Positions 41,231 through 54,969 of a stretch of 64,000 nucleotides of DNA are shown piece by piece; within the stretch, counting starts at the first letter, position 1; each line of letters begins with the position of its first letter. A program made the translations under genes and the position numbers. The stretch spans positions 34,224,001 to 34,288,000 of the forward strand of contig OZ024756.1 in NCBI GenBank assembly GCA_964016885.1, in the 5' to 3' direction. This DNA comes from Eledone cirrhosa. Its lineage: Eukaryota. The notes beneath the pieces are model-generated. The model did not search any database and was not told the origin of the DNA. It saw only the letters and a list, made by a program, of their open reading frames with translations.

Positions 41231-43261
41231 GTACATATATGTGTAGGAATCTATGTGTGTGTGCATGTGTGTACATATATATGGTATTATGTTTGCAAGT
41301 AGTGATGCAAACCAAATGAAAAATACTCATCATCAGGTGACAGTTTAGATAATCCTGTATATATGAAGCTGCCATGAGAGATTGTCAGACATCATCATCA
41401 CGTTTAATATATGTTTCCCTTGGTAGCAAGAGTTGAAAGTGTTGTCACAAACCAATGAGTCAGTCCTCAAGCAGAGCAACTGACCTCCATGTGGGCCTCG
41501 GACATTCATTCTAAATACATAGGTTCCTGTACTTTATCGATTGCTCCAACAGGCCAGGGTACTGACGTACTATACTGATGTACTCTACTGAGTACATTTT
41601 ACCATGCACCAACACTAAAGAAATTGTCGTGCCTTTGTTGCAGCTGAAGTGTGCTCTCGGCCCTTTGTTTAGCAGATTTTCTATGGCTGGATGCCTTTCC
41701 TATAACCAAATCACTTTTCAGAATGTACTGGATGTGTTTATCATGTAGATCACCAAAACAGGAAGATTCTTCTGTCTATAGTTCAACTGAAGAGTCCTCT
41801 GAAGTTGTCACAAGAGATTGTCATGATAATGTTGTATAAGTGAAGTTATGATAAGAGATTTCCACATATAATGCTGTATATGTCGAAGTTGTCATGATAA
41901 TGTTATGTGAAGTTATGATGATAATGTTGTATACATGAAATTGTCAAGATAATGTTGTAAATAATGTTTTATATGTGAAGTTGTCATGAGAATACCAGAA
42001 ATTATGAGCTGCTCATAGTGACTTTGACAGCTTTTTAGTCAATTGTTAAACTTTTCATTACCATATTTTTTAATGAAAGACACTGCCTATAGTTTCCAAA
42101 TAATTTTTAAAATAATCAAGAATTTGCTGAGTATTTGGAACATAACTCTTTAGCATTTAAACGGTAGTATCCAGCCAGAATTCTCTCATCTCTTTCTGTT
42201 CAAACTGGCTGTAACCGGCCTCATACTGATATTAAGGTCTTGTTCTCAAAATAAATAACATCAAAATCTCATAGATTCGATATTATGTAAGATAAAGCCT
42301 TTATCATGTAAATGCTATGTAAATAATGTAAATGCTAAAGGGTTAACAAAAGTTTTTATATAAAAGATAAATATAAATAAAATTTTGTATCATAGAAACA
42401 CGGGCAGTTTTAGGTGGGTTTGTCTTAAAAGATTTGTGATGGTAAAATGACAGTTACTACAGCAAAAGAGGATTAAATGGTTTACTATATTTGTTCAAGT
42501 TTCTATGCTCTGAGTTCAAATCCAGGTGAAGTCAAATTTACATTTAATCATTAAATATAGTGTGTATATGTGTTGCAATATCACTTGTGCCAAGCTGTAA
42601 TAGCCATTGCTTTTCCTGAAAGACAACATCATACATATAATGTATATACACTGAATATATAGAGAATATATAGTACATATATACTGTATATATAATGTGT
42701 ATATGCTGTATATACGGTGTGTATATGCTGTATATATGGTGTGTATATGCTGTATCATCATCATTTCATTTTACGTCCACTTTTTCCCTGCTTGCAAGGG
42801 TGGGACGGGAACTGATTCTGGCTTGATTTCTACAGCTGGATGCCCTTCCTAACACCAACCTCATTTACAGTGAGTGCTGGGTGCTTTTTTTGCTGTGGCA
42901 CCTCCACGACCACTTTGCAGTGGAATGATAGGGACTGATATTAAGGTCTTGTTCTCAAAATAAATAACATCAAAATCTCATAGATTCGATATTGATGATG
43001 ATGATAATGATGATGATGATAGTGATGCCAAGATCTACATCTCATTTTTACAGCTGAGTAAACTGGAGCAATGTGAAAATAAAGTGTCTTGCTCAAGGAA
43101 ACAACATCACCCGGTCTGAGAATTGAACTCACAACCTTTCAATTGCAAGGCCAATGCTATAACCACTAAGTCATGTGCCTCCATGTATATGTGGTGTTAT
43201 AATGTACATACACTGAATAAATAGAGAATATATAGTTATATATATGTAGTGTGTATATTGT

Positions 43262-43535
43262 GTGTATATAGAAAATAAATTCCGACTATGGAAACAAAAT
43301 TTAGAATCAAATGGCCTAAAAGTAAACTTAGCGAAAACTAAAGTGCTAGTGTGTAGGAGAGAAGATAGGACCCTGATCCCTTCAGGGAAGTGGCCCTGCT
43401 AAATATGTAGAATGGGAGTAGGCATAAACTCCATACAATGTACACAAAGTAAATCTTGGTTACACAAGAGATGTAGTGGATAACAAGTAAGCTAACAGGA
43501 AGGGAAGACTGTTTGTTGGTAGAGATTGTAGGGAT
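43262..43535 (+). mobile_element. RTE LINE fragment: RT thumb plus Cys-rich (PHD-like) insert
   Basis: WKQNLESNGLKVNLAKTKVLV...SGKWPC*ICRMGVGINSIQCTQ...WLHKRCSG; in-frame stop. Confidence 0.75.
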
Positions 43536-43887
43536 GGTGATGATGGTGGTGATGGTGATGGTAGTGGTGGTGGTGATGTTGATGGTAGTGTTGGCAGTGA
43601 TAATGATGATGGTGATGGCAGTGATAATGATGATGCCAATGATGATGGTTGTGGTGATGATAGTGATGATGGTGATGGCAACAGTGATGATGATGATGAT
43701 AGTGATGCCAAGATCTACAGAAACACTATACACATTATACATACATGATGGTGCCAAGGACTACAGAAACACTATACACCACATTATACATACATGAATC
43801 AACTCACACTATTTTTAGAAGTCCTGTCTATTATAAGCACAAAGTAAAAAAGAAACAAATATTTAAAACACACACACGGACATACAC

Positions 43888-43919
<32 letters not shown>

Positions 43920-44204
43920 TCACTGATACACACAGGCACACACACTCACAGATACACATGCACAGACACAGCTACATACATGCATATTCACACACACTCA
44001 CTCACTGTTAGATATACATGTGTATACACACACACACATGTACATGCACACACTCATTCACATGTACATACATGCACACACACACACACACATACAGATA
44101 CACTTACACATACAAAACAAAAGATTTCAACAACTTTTGTTTCTAAGACAATAAATATCATACAACAAATATCCTCATTGTAATTTCTAACTCTCGCCCA
44201 TTAT

Positions 44205-44496
44205 ATGCATGTATATATATACATTTTACATATATTTATATTATATATATTTATATATATATACATTTATATTATCTATTATATTTATATATTATATATA
44301 TTTATATATTATATATATATGTATATATATTATATATATATTCATATTATATATATATTCATATATATATATATTCATATATATATATATATTATATATA
44401 TATTTATATATTATATATATATATTATATATATATTCATATATATTCATATTATATATATATTCATATATATATATATTCATATATATATATATTC

Positions 44497-44529
<33 letters not shown>

Positions 44530-45863
44530 ATATATTATATATATATATTATATATATATTCATATATTATATATATATTCATATTATATATATATATTCA
44601 TATATATATATTCATATATATATATATATTTATATATTATATATATATATTCATATATATATATATATATTTATATATTATATATATATATTCATATTAT
44701 ATATATATATATTTATATATTATATATATATATTCATATTATATATATATTTATATATTATATATATATTTATATATTATATATATATATTCATATTATA
44801 TATATATTTATATATTATATATATATTTATATATTATATATATATATAATCATATTATATATATATTTATATATTATATATATATATATATTTATATAGT
44901 ATATATATATTATATATATATATATTTATATATTATATATATATTTATATATTATATATATATATTCATATATATATATATATATATTCATATATATATA
45001 TATATATATTCATATATATATATATATATTCATTCATATATATATATATATTCATTCATATATATATATATATATTCATATTATATATATATATATTCAT
45101 ATTATATATATATATATTCATATTATATATATATATATTCATATTATATATATATATATATATATTCATATTATATCATCATCATTTTACGTCCGCTTTT
45201 CCCTGCTTGCAAGGGTGGGACGGGAACTGATTCTGGCTTGATTTCTACAGCTGGATGCCCTTCCTAACACCAACCTCATACAGTGAGTGCTGGGTGCTTT
45301 ATATATATAAAGCACCCAGCACTCACTGTATATATTCATATTATATATATATATATTCATATATATTCATATTATATATATATCATCATTTTACGTCTGC
45401 TTTATATATATATATATATTCATATTATAAAGATATATATATATTCATATTATAAAGATATATATATATATATTCATGTTATAAAGATATATATATTCAT
45501 ACATATACATCCCGCCGAGGTTAACTTTGCCTTTCATCCTTACGGGGCTCGATAAAATAAAGTACCAGTAATATACTGTGATAATTGCTGGCCTTATGCC
45601 AAAAGTAGAAACAATTATATATATATATATATATTATATATATATATATATTATATATATTTATATTATATATATATTTATATTATATATATATTATATA
45701 TATATATATTATATATATTTATATTATATATATTTATATTATATATATTTATATTATATATATTTATATTATATATATTATATATATTATATATATTATA
45801 TATTATATATATTTATATTATATATATTTATATTATATATATTTATATTATATATATATATAT

Positions 45864-45895
<32 letters not shown>

Positions 45896-46215
45896 ATATA
45901 TTATATATATTTATATTATATATATATATATTATATATATATATATTATATATATATATATTATATATATATATATTATATATATATATATTATATATAT
46001 TTATATTATATATATATATATTATATATATTTATATTATATATATATATATTATATATATATATATTATATATATATATATTATATATATTTATATTATA
46101 TATATTATGATTATATATATTTATATTATATATATTATGATTATATATATTTATATTATATATATTTATATATATATTTATATTATATATATTATGATTA
46201 TATATATAATCATCA
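44205..46215. repeat. Long degenerate AT microsatellite blocks interrupted by SINE fragments
   Basis: (TA)n with TTA/TTCA interruptions. Confidence 0.95.
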
Positions 46216-46886
46216 TTTTGGTTGACACAGACCAAGTCAGCACTCAATCACAACCATTGTCACAGCTGATCCAGGAGAGGAGAGTTTATATCATACATTC
46301 CTACACTTTACAGAGTGTACTGGGTGCATTTTATCACAGCACCAGTGTATTACTGGTGCTTTATCGACCCCGTAAGGATGAAAAGTGAAGCTGACCTTGG
46401 CGGGAATTGAACTCAGAACGTAAAGGGCCGTAACTATGCCACAAAGCATGTTGTCCAGCACCCTACCGATCTTATACTAACAGTTTCTTATATAGGCACA
46501 AGGCCAGCAATTTTGGGAGGAAGGGAAAGTCGATTAAATAACCCCCAGTGTATTACTGGTACTTTATTTTATCGATGCCCGTAAGGATGAAAGGCAAATT
46601 TAACCTCAGCGGGATTTGAACTCTGATCATAAAGAGCTGTAACTCTAAGCTGCAAAACATGTCCGACACTACCGATCTTATATAATAATAATAATAATGG
46701 GTTCATTTATTGGCACAAGAGCCGAATAATAATAATTGTTTCTACTTTAGGCACAAGGCCAGCAATTACCCAGTGCATTACTGGTACTTTATTTTATCGA
46801 CCCCGTAAGGATGAAAGGTAAAAGCCGAATAATAAAGGCAAGAGCCGAATAATAATAATAATAATAATAAAGGTGGAAAGACTTAC

Positions 46887-47006
46887 TGGAGGATAATCAA
46901 AATCTTGTTGGCTAGCAATTTCTTGTATGTAGTTGACATGACACATTAAACTTGAGTCATCTAAGTCTACTGGTGGATTTAATGTACTCATAGCTCCAGT
47001 GATAGT
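46887..47006 (-). CDS. GNAS: Guanine nucleotide-binding protein G(s) subunit alpha, single internal exon (helical domain)
   Basis: [40 protein letters not shown], 120 nt, phase 0/0, TTTCAG / GTAAGT. Equivalent to human TIVAAMSNLVPPVEL...PDFDFPP and fly [13 protein letters not shown]...DFNYPP as I recall them. Confidence 0.9.
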
Positions 47007-47279
47007 CTGAAATAGATGGGAAATACACAAGATAAATATATATATATATATATATAGACAGAGGGAGAAAGTGAGAGGGATAGACATACAGACAGAAATA
47101 TACACAAAAATAGTTATATATGCAGCTCCTCATGGCTCCAGTGAGAGTGTGAGATAGACAAAATAATTGTTTCTACTTTTGGCACAAGGCCAGCAAGTAC
47201 CCAGTGCATTACTGGTACTTAATGTTATCGACCCCGTAAGGATGAAAGGCAAAGTTAACTTCCAAAATAATGGGATGTT

Positions 47280-48210
47280 TTGGGAGTCTTTCCTCATTCA
47301 TGTACACAACATGGCCTACTCAACACATTTGAGAGAATATGATGGCAGATTCAATGCTTGTGCATAAATCTATAAGGATTTATGTATCAGGTATTTTTTG
47401 TTGCCATTTGATGTTTAGGATTCATCTTAAACACTTTTGATTCAAGTGTTCAAGCAAATTAAGGTGTCTACATTGTACTGCTCACGTTTCCAAGGAGTAC
47501 AACAGAGCACTCAGAATGCAGGCCTTGTACACACTAATCTTGGTCTTAATATTGATGCCATGATACACCCACACTCTTTTCAAGTTTTCTAAAGGCTACA
47601 GAGGCTTTCTGAATGCGCAGGTGTATTTCAGCATCCAGTGAACCATCCCTTGATAATGTACTAGCCAGGTAAATAAACATGTCAACTACACCCAACCTAG
47701 TTCCATACACCATTGTATTTGGCTCAATATATACTTCTCCTGGTAATGGTGTAAACATTACTTTAGTCTTTTTCAGATTAATTTTAATAACAAAGCAAAA
47801 CAGCCCATGATGTGTTGCATGTCATCTTGAGAGTGAGCTAGAAAGTCAACATCTTCTGCATACAGGAGCTCTCTAATTAGTATTTGGAACACCTTGGACT
47901 TGAAATTGAACCTTCTTAGGTTAAAGATTCTCCCTATAGTTCTAACTTGCACAGCCTTGGAATGCAAGTGTCAGCATCACAGCAAAAAATATTGAAAACA
48001 GTGTGGGAGCCAGGATATCTCCCTGCTTCACGCTATTATCAACTGGGATTTCATTGGACAATTCTCCATTCAAGACAACTCAAGCCTTCATATTTCTGTG
48101 CATCCAGCATATGTGAGATTAATGCAGGTAACTATCCCCTTTATATGGCCAATATGTTTGACAATTTTTTTATTGTCAGGTCTGCATTGTAAGCAGCTTA
48201 TAACAAGCTA
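47280..48210 (-). mobile_element. Degenerate RTE-clade LINE reverse transcriptase fragment
   Basis: VKQGDILAPTLFSIFF, FNLRRF..K.KV...IRELLYAEDV, FIYLASTLSRDGSLDAEIHLRIQKASVAF; frameshifts present. Confidence 0.85.
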
Positions 48211-48286
48211 ACAATCTTTCAAAATTAAAATTTGCTCAACACTTCATAAAAATAGTTTTTTTTTATTTGTGTGTATGTGTACCAAC

Positions 48287-48335
<49 letters not shown>

Positions 48336-48384
48336 CTATGATAAAATTCACACGGTACATGTAAAATAGTAGTATACTGATGCC

Positions 48385-49505
48385 ATAAAATGCACCCCAT
48401 CCACTCTTGTAAAGTGGTAGTGCCAGTGTCATGATAAAATGCACCCAGTCCACTCAGTAAAGTGGTAGTGCAGGTGTCTTGATAAAATGCACCCAGTCCA
48501 CTCAGTAAAGTGGTAGTGCAGGTCTCTTGTTAAAATGCACCCAGTCCACTCAGTAAAGTGGTAGTGCAGGTGTCTTGATAAAATGCACCCAGTCCACTCA
48601 GTAAAATGGTAGTGCCGGTGTCTTGATAAAATGCACCCAGTCCACTCAGTAAAGTGGTAGTGCAGGTGTCTTGATAAAATGCACCCAGTCCACTCAGTAA
48701 AGTGGTAGTGCAGGTGTCTTGATAAAATGCACCCAGTCCACTCAGTAAAATGGTAGTGCCGGTGTCTTGATAAAATGCACCCAGTCCACTCAGTAAAGTG
48801 GTAGTGCAGGTGTCTTGATAAAATGCACCCAGTCCACTCAGTAAAGTGGTAGTGCAGGTCTCTTGTTAAAATGCACCCAGTCCACTCAGTAAAGTGGTAG
48901 TGCAGGTGTCTTGATAAAATGCACCCAGTCCACTCAGTAAAGTGGTAGTGCAGGTGTCTTGATAAAATGCACCCAGTCCACTCAGTAAAGTGGTAGTGCA
49001 GGTCTCTTGTTAAAATGCACCCAGTCCACTCAGTAAAGTGGTAGTGCCGGTGTCTTGATAAAATGCACCCAGTCCACTCAGTAAAATGGTAGTGCCGGTG
49101 TCTTGATAAAATGCACCCAGTCCACTCAGTAAAGTGGTAGTGCTGGTGTCATGATAAAATGCACCCAGTCCACTCAGTAAAGTGGTAGTACTGGTGTCAT
49201 GATAAAATGCACCCAGTCTACTCAGTAAAATGGTAGTGCTGGTGTCATGATAAAATGCACCCAGTCCACTCAGTAAAGTGGTAGTGCAGGCGTCATGATA
49301 AAATGCACCCAGTCCACTCAGTAAAGTGGTAGTGCAGGTGTCATGATAAAATGCACCCAGTCCACTCAGTAAAGTGGTAGTGCAGGCGTCATGATAAAAT
49401 GCACCCAGTCTACTCAGTAAAATGGTAGTGCTGGTGTCATGATAAAATGCACCCAGTCCACTCAGTAAAATGGTAGTGCTGGTGTCATGATAAAATGCAC
49501 CCAGT
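48385..49505. repeat. 48-bp minisatellite (~23 copies)
   Basis: Unit ATAAAATGCACCCAGTCCACTCAGTAAAGTGGTAGTGCAGGTGTCTTG. Confidence 0.95.
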
Positions 49506-50129
49506 AGACTATGAAAAGTGGTTAGGACCAGAAAGGGCATCCAGCTGTGGAAACCATGACAAAATTTAGCGTCAGACCATGACAACCCTTCCAACCCATC
49601 CAGCAGGGAAATCAGCCAGAGTGGTGTGGGGGTGATGTCAAAGATGATGATGATGATATATAAGTGTGATATATAAATATGTCATTATCATCATCATCAT
49701 CGGCATAATGATTTAACATTGTTTTCCGTGTTAGAAAGGGTTTAACAGTGGTTGTATGTATCTATATATACACACACATGTATGTTTGATGTATATATGT
49801 GTGTGTGTGTGTGTGTGTATATATATAGTAGTGTGTGGGATGTATATATATATATATATATATATACGCATTAGTACGTGTGTATATGTGTATATGTATG
49901 CATGCATGTATATATGTGAGCATGTGTGTATGTGTATGTATGTGTATATGTGTGTGGGTGTGTATATGTGTATTTATGCGTGTATACAAACATTTAAAAA
50001 AATATATATGTATGTGTACATGAATATACATATGTGTGTGTATGTGTATATATATGTACATATATATGTATGTATATGTTTGTGTATATATATATATATA
50101 TATATATCATTTCATTTTCATCATCATTT

Positions 50130-50455
50130 CATTTTACATCCGCTTTTTCCTGCTTGCAAGGGTCGGACGGGAACCGATTCTGGCTTGATTTCTACAGCTG
50201 GATGCCCTTCCTAACACCAACTTCATTTACAGTGAGTGCTGGGTGCTTTTTTGCCGTGGCGCCTCGACAACCACTTTGCAGTGGGATGATAGGGCCCCCG
50301 GTCCCTATCATCTCATTTCTACAGCTGAGTAAACTGGAGCAATGTGAAATAAAGTGTCTTGCTCAAGGAAACAACACACCACCTGGTCTGAGAATTGAAC
50401 TCACAACCTTTTGATTGCAAGGCCAATGCTCTAACCACTAAGCCATGTGCCTCCA
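50130..50455 (-). mobile_element. SINE family 2, near-identical inverted copy
   Basis: Reverse complement of 54970-55290 with few differences. Confidence 0.75.
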
Positions 50456-50747
50456 ACATATATATATATATATATATAAAAAAAGAGGCTAAACTGTAGA
50501 AACCAACAGAAACACTGCTAACCTTTACTGTACTCCAACAATGTTGAAATTATGTCCTGGCTGTTACTATTTATAGAATCATTCAAAGTTCACAGTTATT
50601 TCAGTGGTAACTAACAATGGTTGGCTTATTTAGCTTTCATATACACACATATACACATACATACACACACAACACAAATACATACATACATACTAACACA
50701 TAATACATAAACACACACACAACACTTTTTCTGTCCACACACACACA

Positions 50748-50785
<38 letters not shown>

Positions 50786-50899
50786 ATATTTATATATCTA
50801 TATCTATATATATATATGTGTGTATATATATATATGTATATATTCATATATATATATGCCCATACATGTAGATATGTGTGTGTGTGTGCATATGTATAT

Positions 50900-50937
<38 letters not shown>

Positions 50938-51174
50938 AGGTAGATAAATATATAATTATTTATTCATAGTTATGCGACATATGTGGAGACACAGCTGGTT
51001 GGGTCAATAGGATGTCACACACACACACACACACACTCCACGCCCAATCACACAAACACACTCCACGCACAATCACACACACACACACACACAATCACAC
51101 ACACACACACACCAGCCCAAAGTTTCTCTAAGCTCTAACTAAAGCTGTTGTGCTATATAGCATCCTGTTTAACA

Positions 51175-51872
51175 CTCAATATAACCTCAGTCCACTAGGC
51201 TGTAAAGAGGTACCACAGTGTGGAATAGGAGTACATGCCCACCACTACTTCACACTTCTCAATATAACCTCAGTCCACTTGGCTGTAAAGAGGTACCACA
51301 GTGTGGAATAGGGGTACATGCCCACCACTACTTCACACTTCTCAATATAACCTCAGTCCACTTGGTTGTAAAGAGGTACCACAGTGTGGAATAGGGGTAC
51401 ATGCCCACCACTACTTCACACTCTCAATATAACCTCAGTCCACTTGGCTGTAAAGAGGTACCACAGTGTGGAATAGGGGTACATGCCCACCACTACTTCA
51501 CTCTCAATATAACCTCAGTCCACTAGGCTGTAAAGAGGTACCACAGTGTGGAATAGGAGTACATGCCCACCACTACTTCACACTCTCAATATAACCTCAG
51601 TCCACTTGGCTGTAAGGAGGTACCACAGTGTGGAATAGGGGTACATGCCCACCACTACTTCACACTTCTCAATATAACCTCAGTCCACATGGTTGTAAAG
51701 AGGTACCACAGTGTGGAATAGGGGTACATGCCCACCACTACTTCACACTCTCAATATAACCTCAGTCCACTTGGCTGTAAAGAGGTACCACAGTGTGGAA
51801 TAGGGGTACATGCCCACCACTACTTCACACTCTCAATATAACCTCAGTCCACTAGGTTGTAAAGAGGTACCA
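51175..51872. repeat. 80-83-bp minisatellite (~8.5 copies)
   Basis: Units start at 51175, 51258, 51341, 51423, 51503, 51585, 51668, 51750 and 51832. Confidence 0.95.
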
Positions 51873-52133
51873 GTGGGGTGTGGAGGTACTGGCTTAATTC
51901 ATTGGTTAATTTATCACCACTACCTGGTCTTTGAGTGACTTTAGTGCACTCGAACTATGTCTCTGGTTTGATGAAACTTTCTTTTGTGTCTCCCTTATAA
52001 AACATCAGAAAAGAACCATGGGCATTGCCCATTACTCCCTAACTAAACAACAAAAACTACTGTAATTAACATAGGGAAAAAATATAGATGCAAGCTACTA
52101 CATCACACAGATGAAAGAGAAAATGGAATTAAT

Positions 52134-52572
52134 TTAACCCTTTTGATATCAAACACCTAAAACTGTATCTTTTAAAGTATTTATATTTATCTAAAAACCT
52201 TCCATCATAAAAGCCTTTAACCTTTTAGCATTTAAACTGGTCGTATCCAGCCAGAATTCTCTCACTTCTTTCTGTTCAAACAGGCTGTAACTGGCCACTC
52301 ATAATTATGTTAAGGTATTGTTCTCAAAATAAATAACATCGAAATCTCATAGATTCAATATTATGTGAGATAATTATGTAGGATAAAGCATTTACTGTGA
52401 AAATACAATAGTATATAGAGAGTAATATACATGCTAAAGGGTTAAAGTTATATTCCAAACAACGAGAAAGTTAGTTATATTACTAAATCGCTCTTTATTC
52501 TTGATTATTTTCAAAATGATTTGAGAGTCAGAAGGCAGTGTCTTATTAGAAATATAGTAATGAAAAGGTTAA
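52134..52572. mobile_element. Second TTAA-bounded non-autonomous element (family B) with nested MITE A at 52217-52445
   Basis: TTAACCCTTTTGATATC...GTAATGAAAAGGTTAA. Related fragments lie near 2780-3003, 14847-15082, 20033-20130, 42046-42430 and 56270-56420. Confidence 0.6.
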
Positions 52573-54929
52573 TCAAAATATTGACTGTTAAATAGACAAT
52601 ATTACTAGGAGTGTAAACACTAACTCTTTAGCATTTACACCAGCTGTTTCTGGCCAGAATTCTCTTACTTCTTTCTGTTAAAACTGGCTGTAACTTGCTA
52701 CTCATACTGATGTTAAAGTATTGTTCTCAAAATAAATAATATCAAAACCTCATAGATTTGATATTATGTGAGAAAGCCTTTAACACAAAAATACAATTGT
52801 ATATATAGAGTAATGTAAATGCTAAATGCCATATTTCTAATGAAAAGACAGCTTATCATTTTCAAATAATTTTGAAAACAACCAAGTATTTGGGAGGATT
52901 TAGAAAGATAACTAACTTTCTTATAATTAAGCTAGAATTTGGAACATAACTTAAAGGTTTTTACATAAAATTGTGATGAAAGGTTTTTATTTAGTTCATA
53001 TTTGGAACATAGATATAAATACTTTAAAATAAGCAACTTAGTATTGTAGAACCAGGGTCAGTTTTTTATGAAAAAGCTACTATATGGTAGCTCAGCTTGC
53101 TAGAAATAATAGCCAAATCTTCCTACCATCTTTAAAAAAAAAACACATTTGAAAATGTAAAGTTGAAATACTTTTGATCATTTCTGCTGCATCAGGGTTG
53201 ACCTGGGGCTAAACAACAAGGAAGGACACAGATATTATAGTCTGAGGTACACTGTCTGAATAAAAAAACAAGATAGTAAAAACTGGAATACTTTTGATTG
53301 GATCTGCTGGATCAGGGTTGACCTGGGTTTAAACAACAACCAGACAGTCCTATGCGAGCAAGACAATCACTCTTGCCTCAAGTGGGAAAACCCCCGTCCA
53401 AACCCATGCAAGCGTGGAACACGGACATTAAACGTTGATGATGATGATGATGAAGGAAGCGACATATTATAGTCCTAGATACACTGTCTGAATAAAAGAC
53501 AGGATAATCAACACTAGAATACTTTTGATTGGATCTGCTAGATCATGGTTGACCTGGAGTTAAACAACAACAAGGAAGTAGACATTAGATAATGTAGTCC
53601 TAGATACATTGATACAGGATGGTCACAGCTGGAAAACCTTTGATCAGTTCTGCTGGATGAAAGCTGAGAGGAATTAAACAACAACCACAAAGAAGAACAC
53701 ATTAGATAATGTAGTCCTAGAATGACTATGTCTGAATAAAAGACAGAATGGTCAACAGCTGGGAAACCTTTATCAGAACTGCTAGATCATGGCTGACCTG
53801 GGTGAAACGCTTAAGCATTTAAACCAACCATATCCGGCCAGAATTCTCTCACCTCTTTCTGTTCAAACTGGCCAAAACCAGCCACTCATACCAACGTTAA
53901 GGTGTTGTTCTCAAAATAAATATCAAAATCTCATAGATTCAATATTATGTGAGATAATTATGTGAGGTAATTATGTGAGATAATTATGTGAGGTAATTAT
54001 GTGAGATAATTATGTGAGGTAAAGCATTTACCTTGAAAATATAATAGTAAATATAGTAGTATATATAAAGTAATGTAAATGCTAAAGCGTTAAACAACAA
54101 CAACAAAGAAGAAGAGCACATTAGATAATGTTGTCCTAGATACTGTCTCAATAAAGAACAGGACGGTAGATTCTAGTAGATTCCATGTGACAGTTACCTT
54201 TGACAAAGTGTGTCAATGATGGATCTTTGAAATAAAGGGCAGAGCAGGTAGATTCTAGTAGATTCCATGTGACAATGGACCTTTGAAATACAAGTCCAGT
54301 CAATTCTGACAGGGTTTGTAAACAGTTTCCCCTCTACCTAGTTTTACTCACAAAGCTTCGGCAGGGTTGATCTGAGGCTATGGTAAAAGACACTTGTCCA
54401 AAATGCTAAACAGTGGGATCGAACCTGGATCCTTGTAATTGTTAAATGAAATTCTTAAGCACCGAGCCATGATACACCCACACACAAAAAATAAAATAAA
54501 ATAATACAGACAATCCTATTTATCACTTGAGAGATTCTGTTGAAAATGATACTGAAGTTCTGGATAAAACAGACACACACAGAGACAGACACACACATAC
54601 AGAGAGACACACACACCGAGACATATCCATACATACACACATCCAACAAACTCATACTTATCTACCTACACACACACACTCCCATTCACACAGACACGTG
54701 CACATTTTCAAGTCGACACGCACTTCCACACATCTGTACATACAGACACACACATCTTATAAACTCACATACATACACACAGATCTACTCACCCCCACAC
54801 ATACATATACACACCCTCACACATACACAACTGTGAAAAAAATTTGAAACTTCCAGGTAAGATAAGAGGTAAGTAAAAATATATTCACCTGAGAATATAA
54901 TATATGGTAAGAACTGTTGATATTGATAT

Positions 54930-54965
<36 letters not shown>

Positions 54966-54969
54966 ATAT

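Noticed and set aside
48385-49505. CRISPR array (also considered for 12278, 51175 and 62779)
   Set aside because: Head-to-tail tandem units with no unique spacers, no cas genes, and a eukaryotic intron context.
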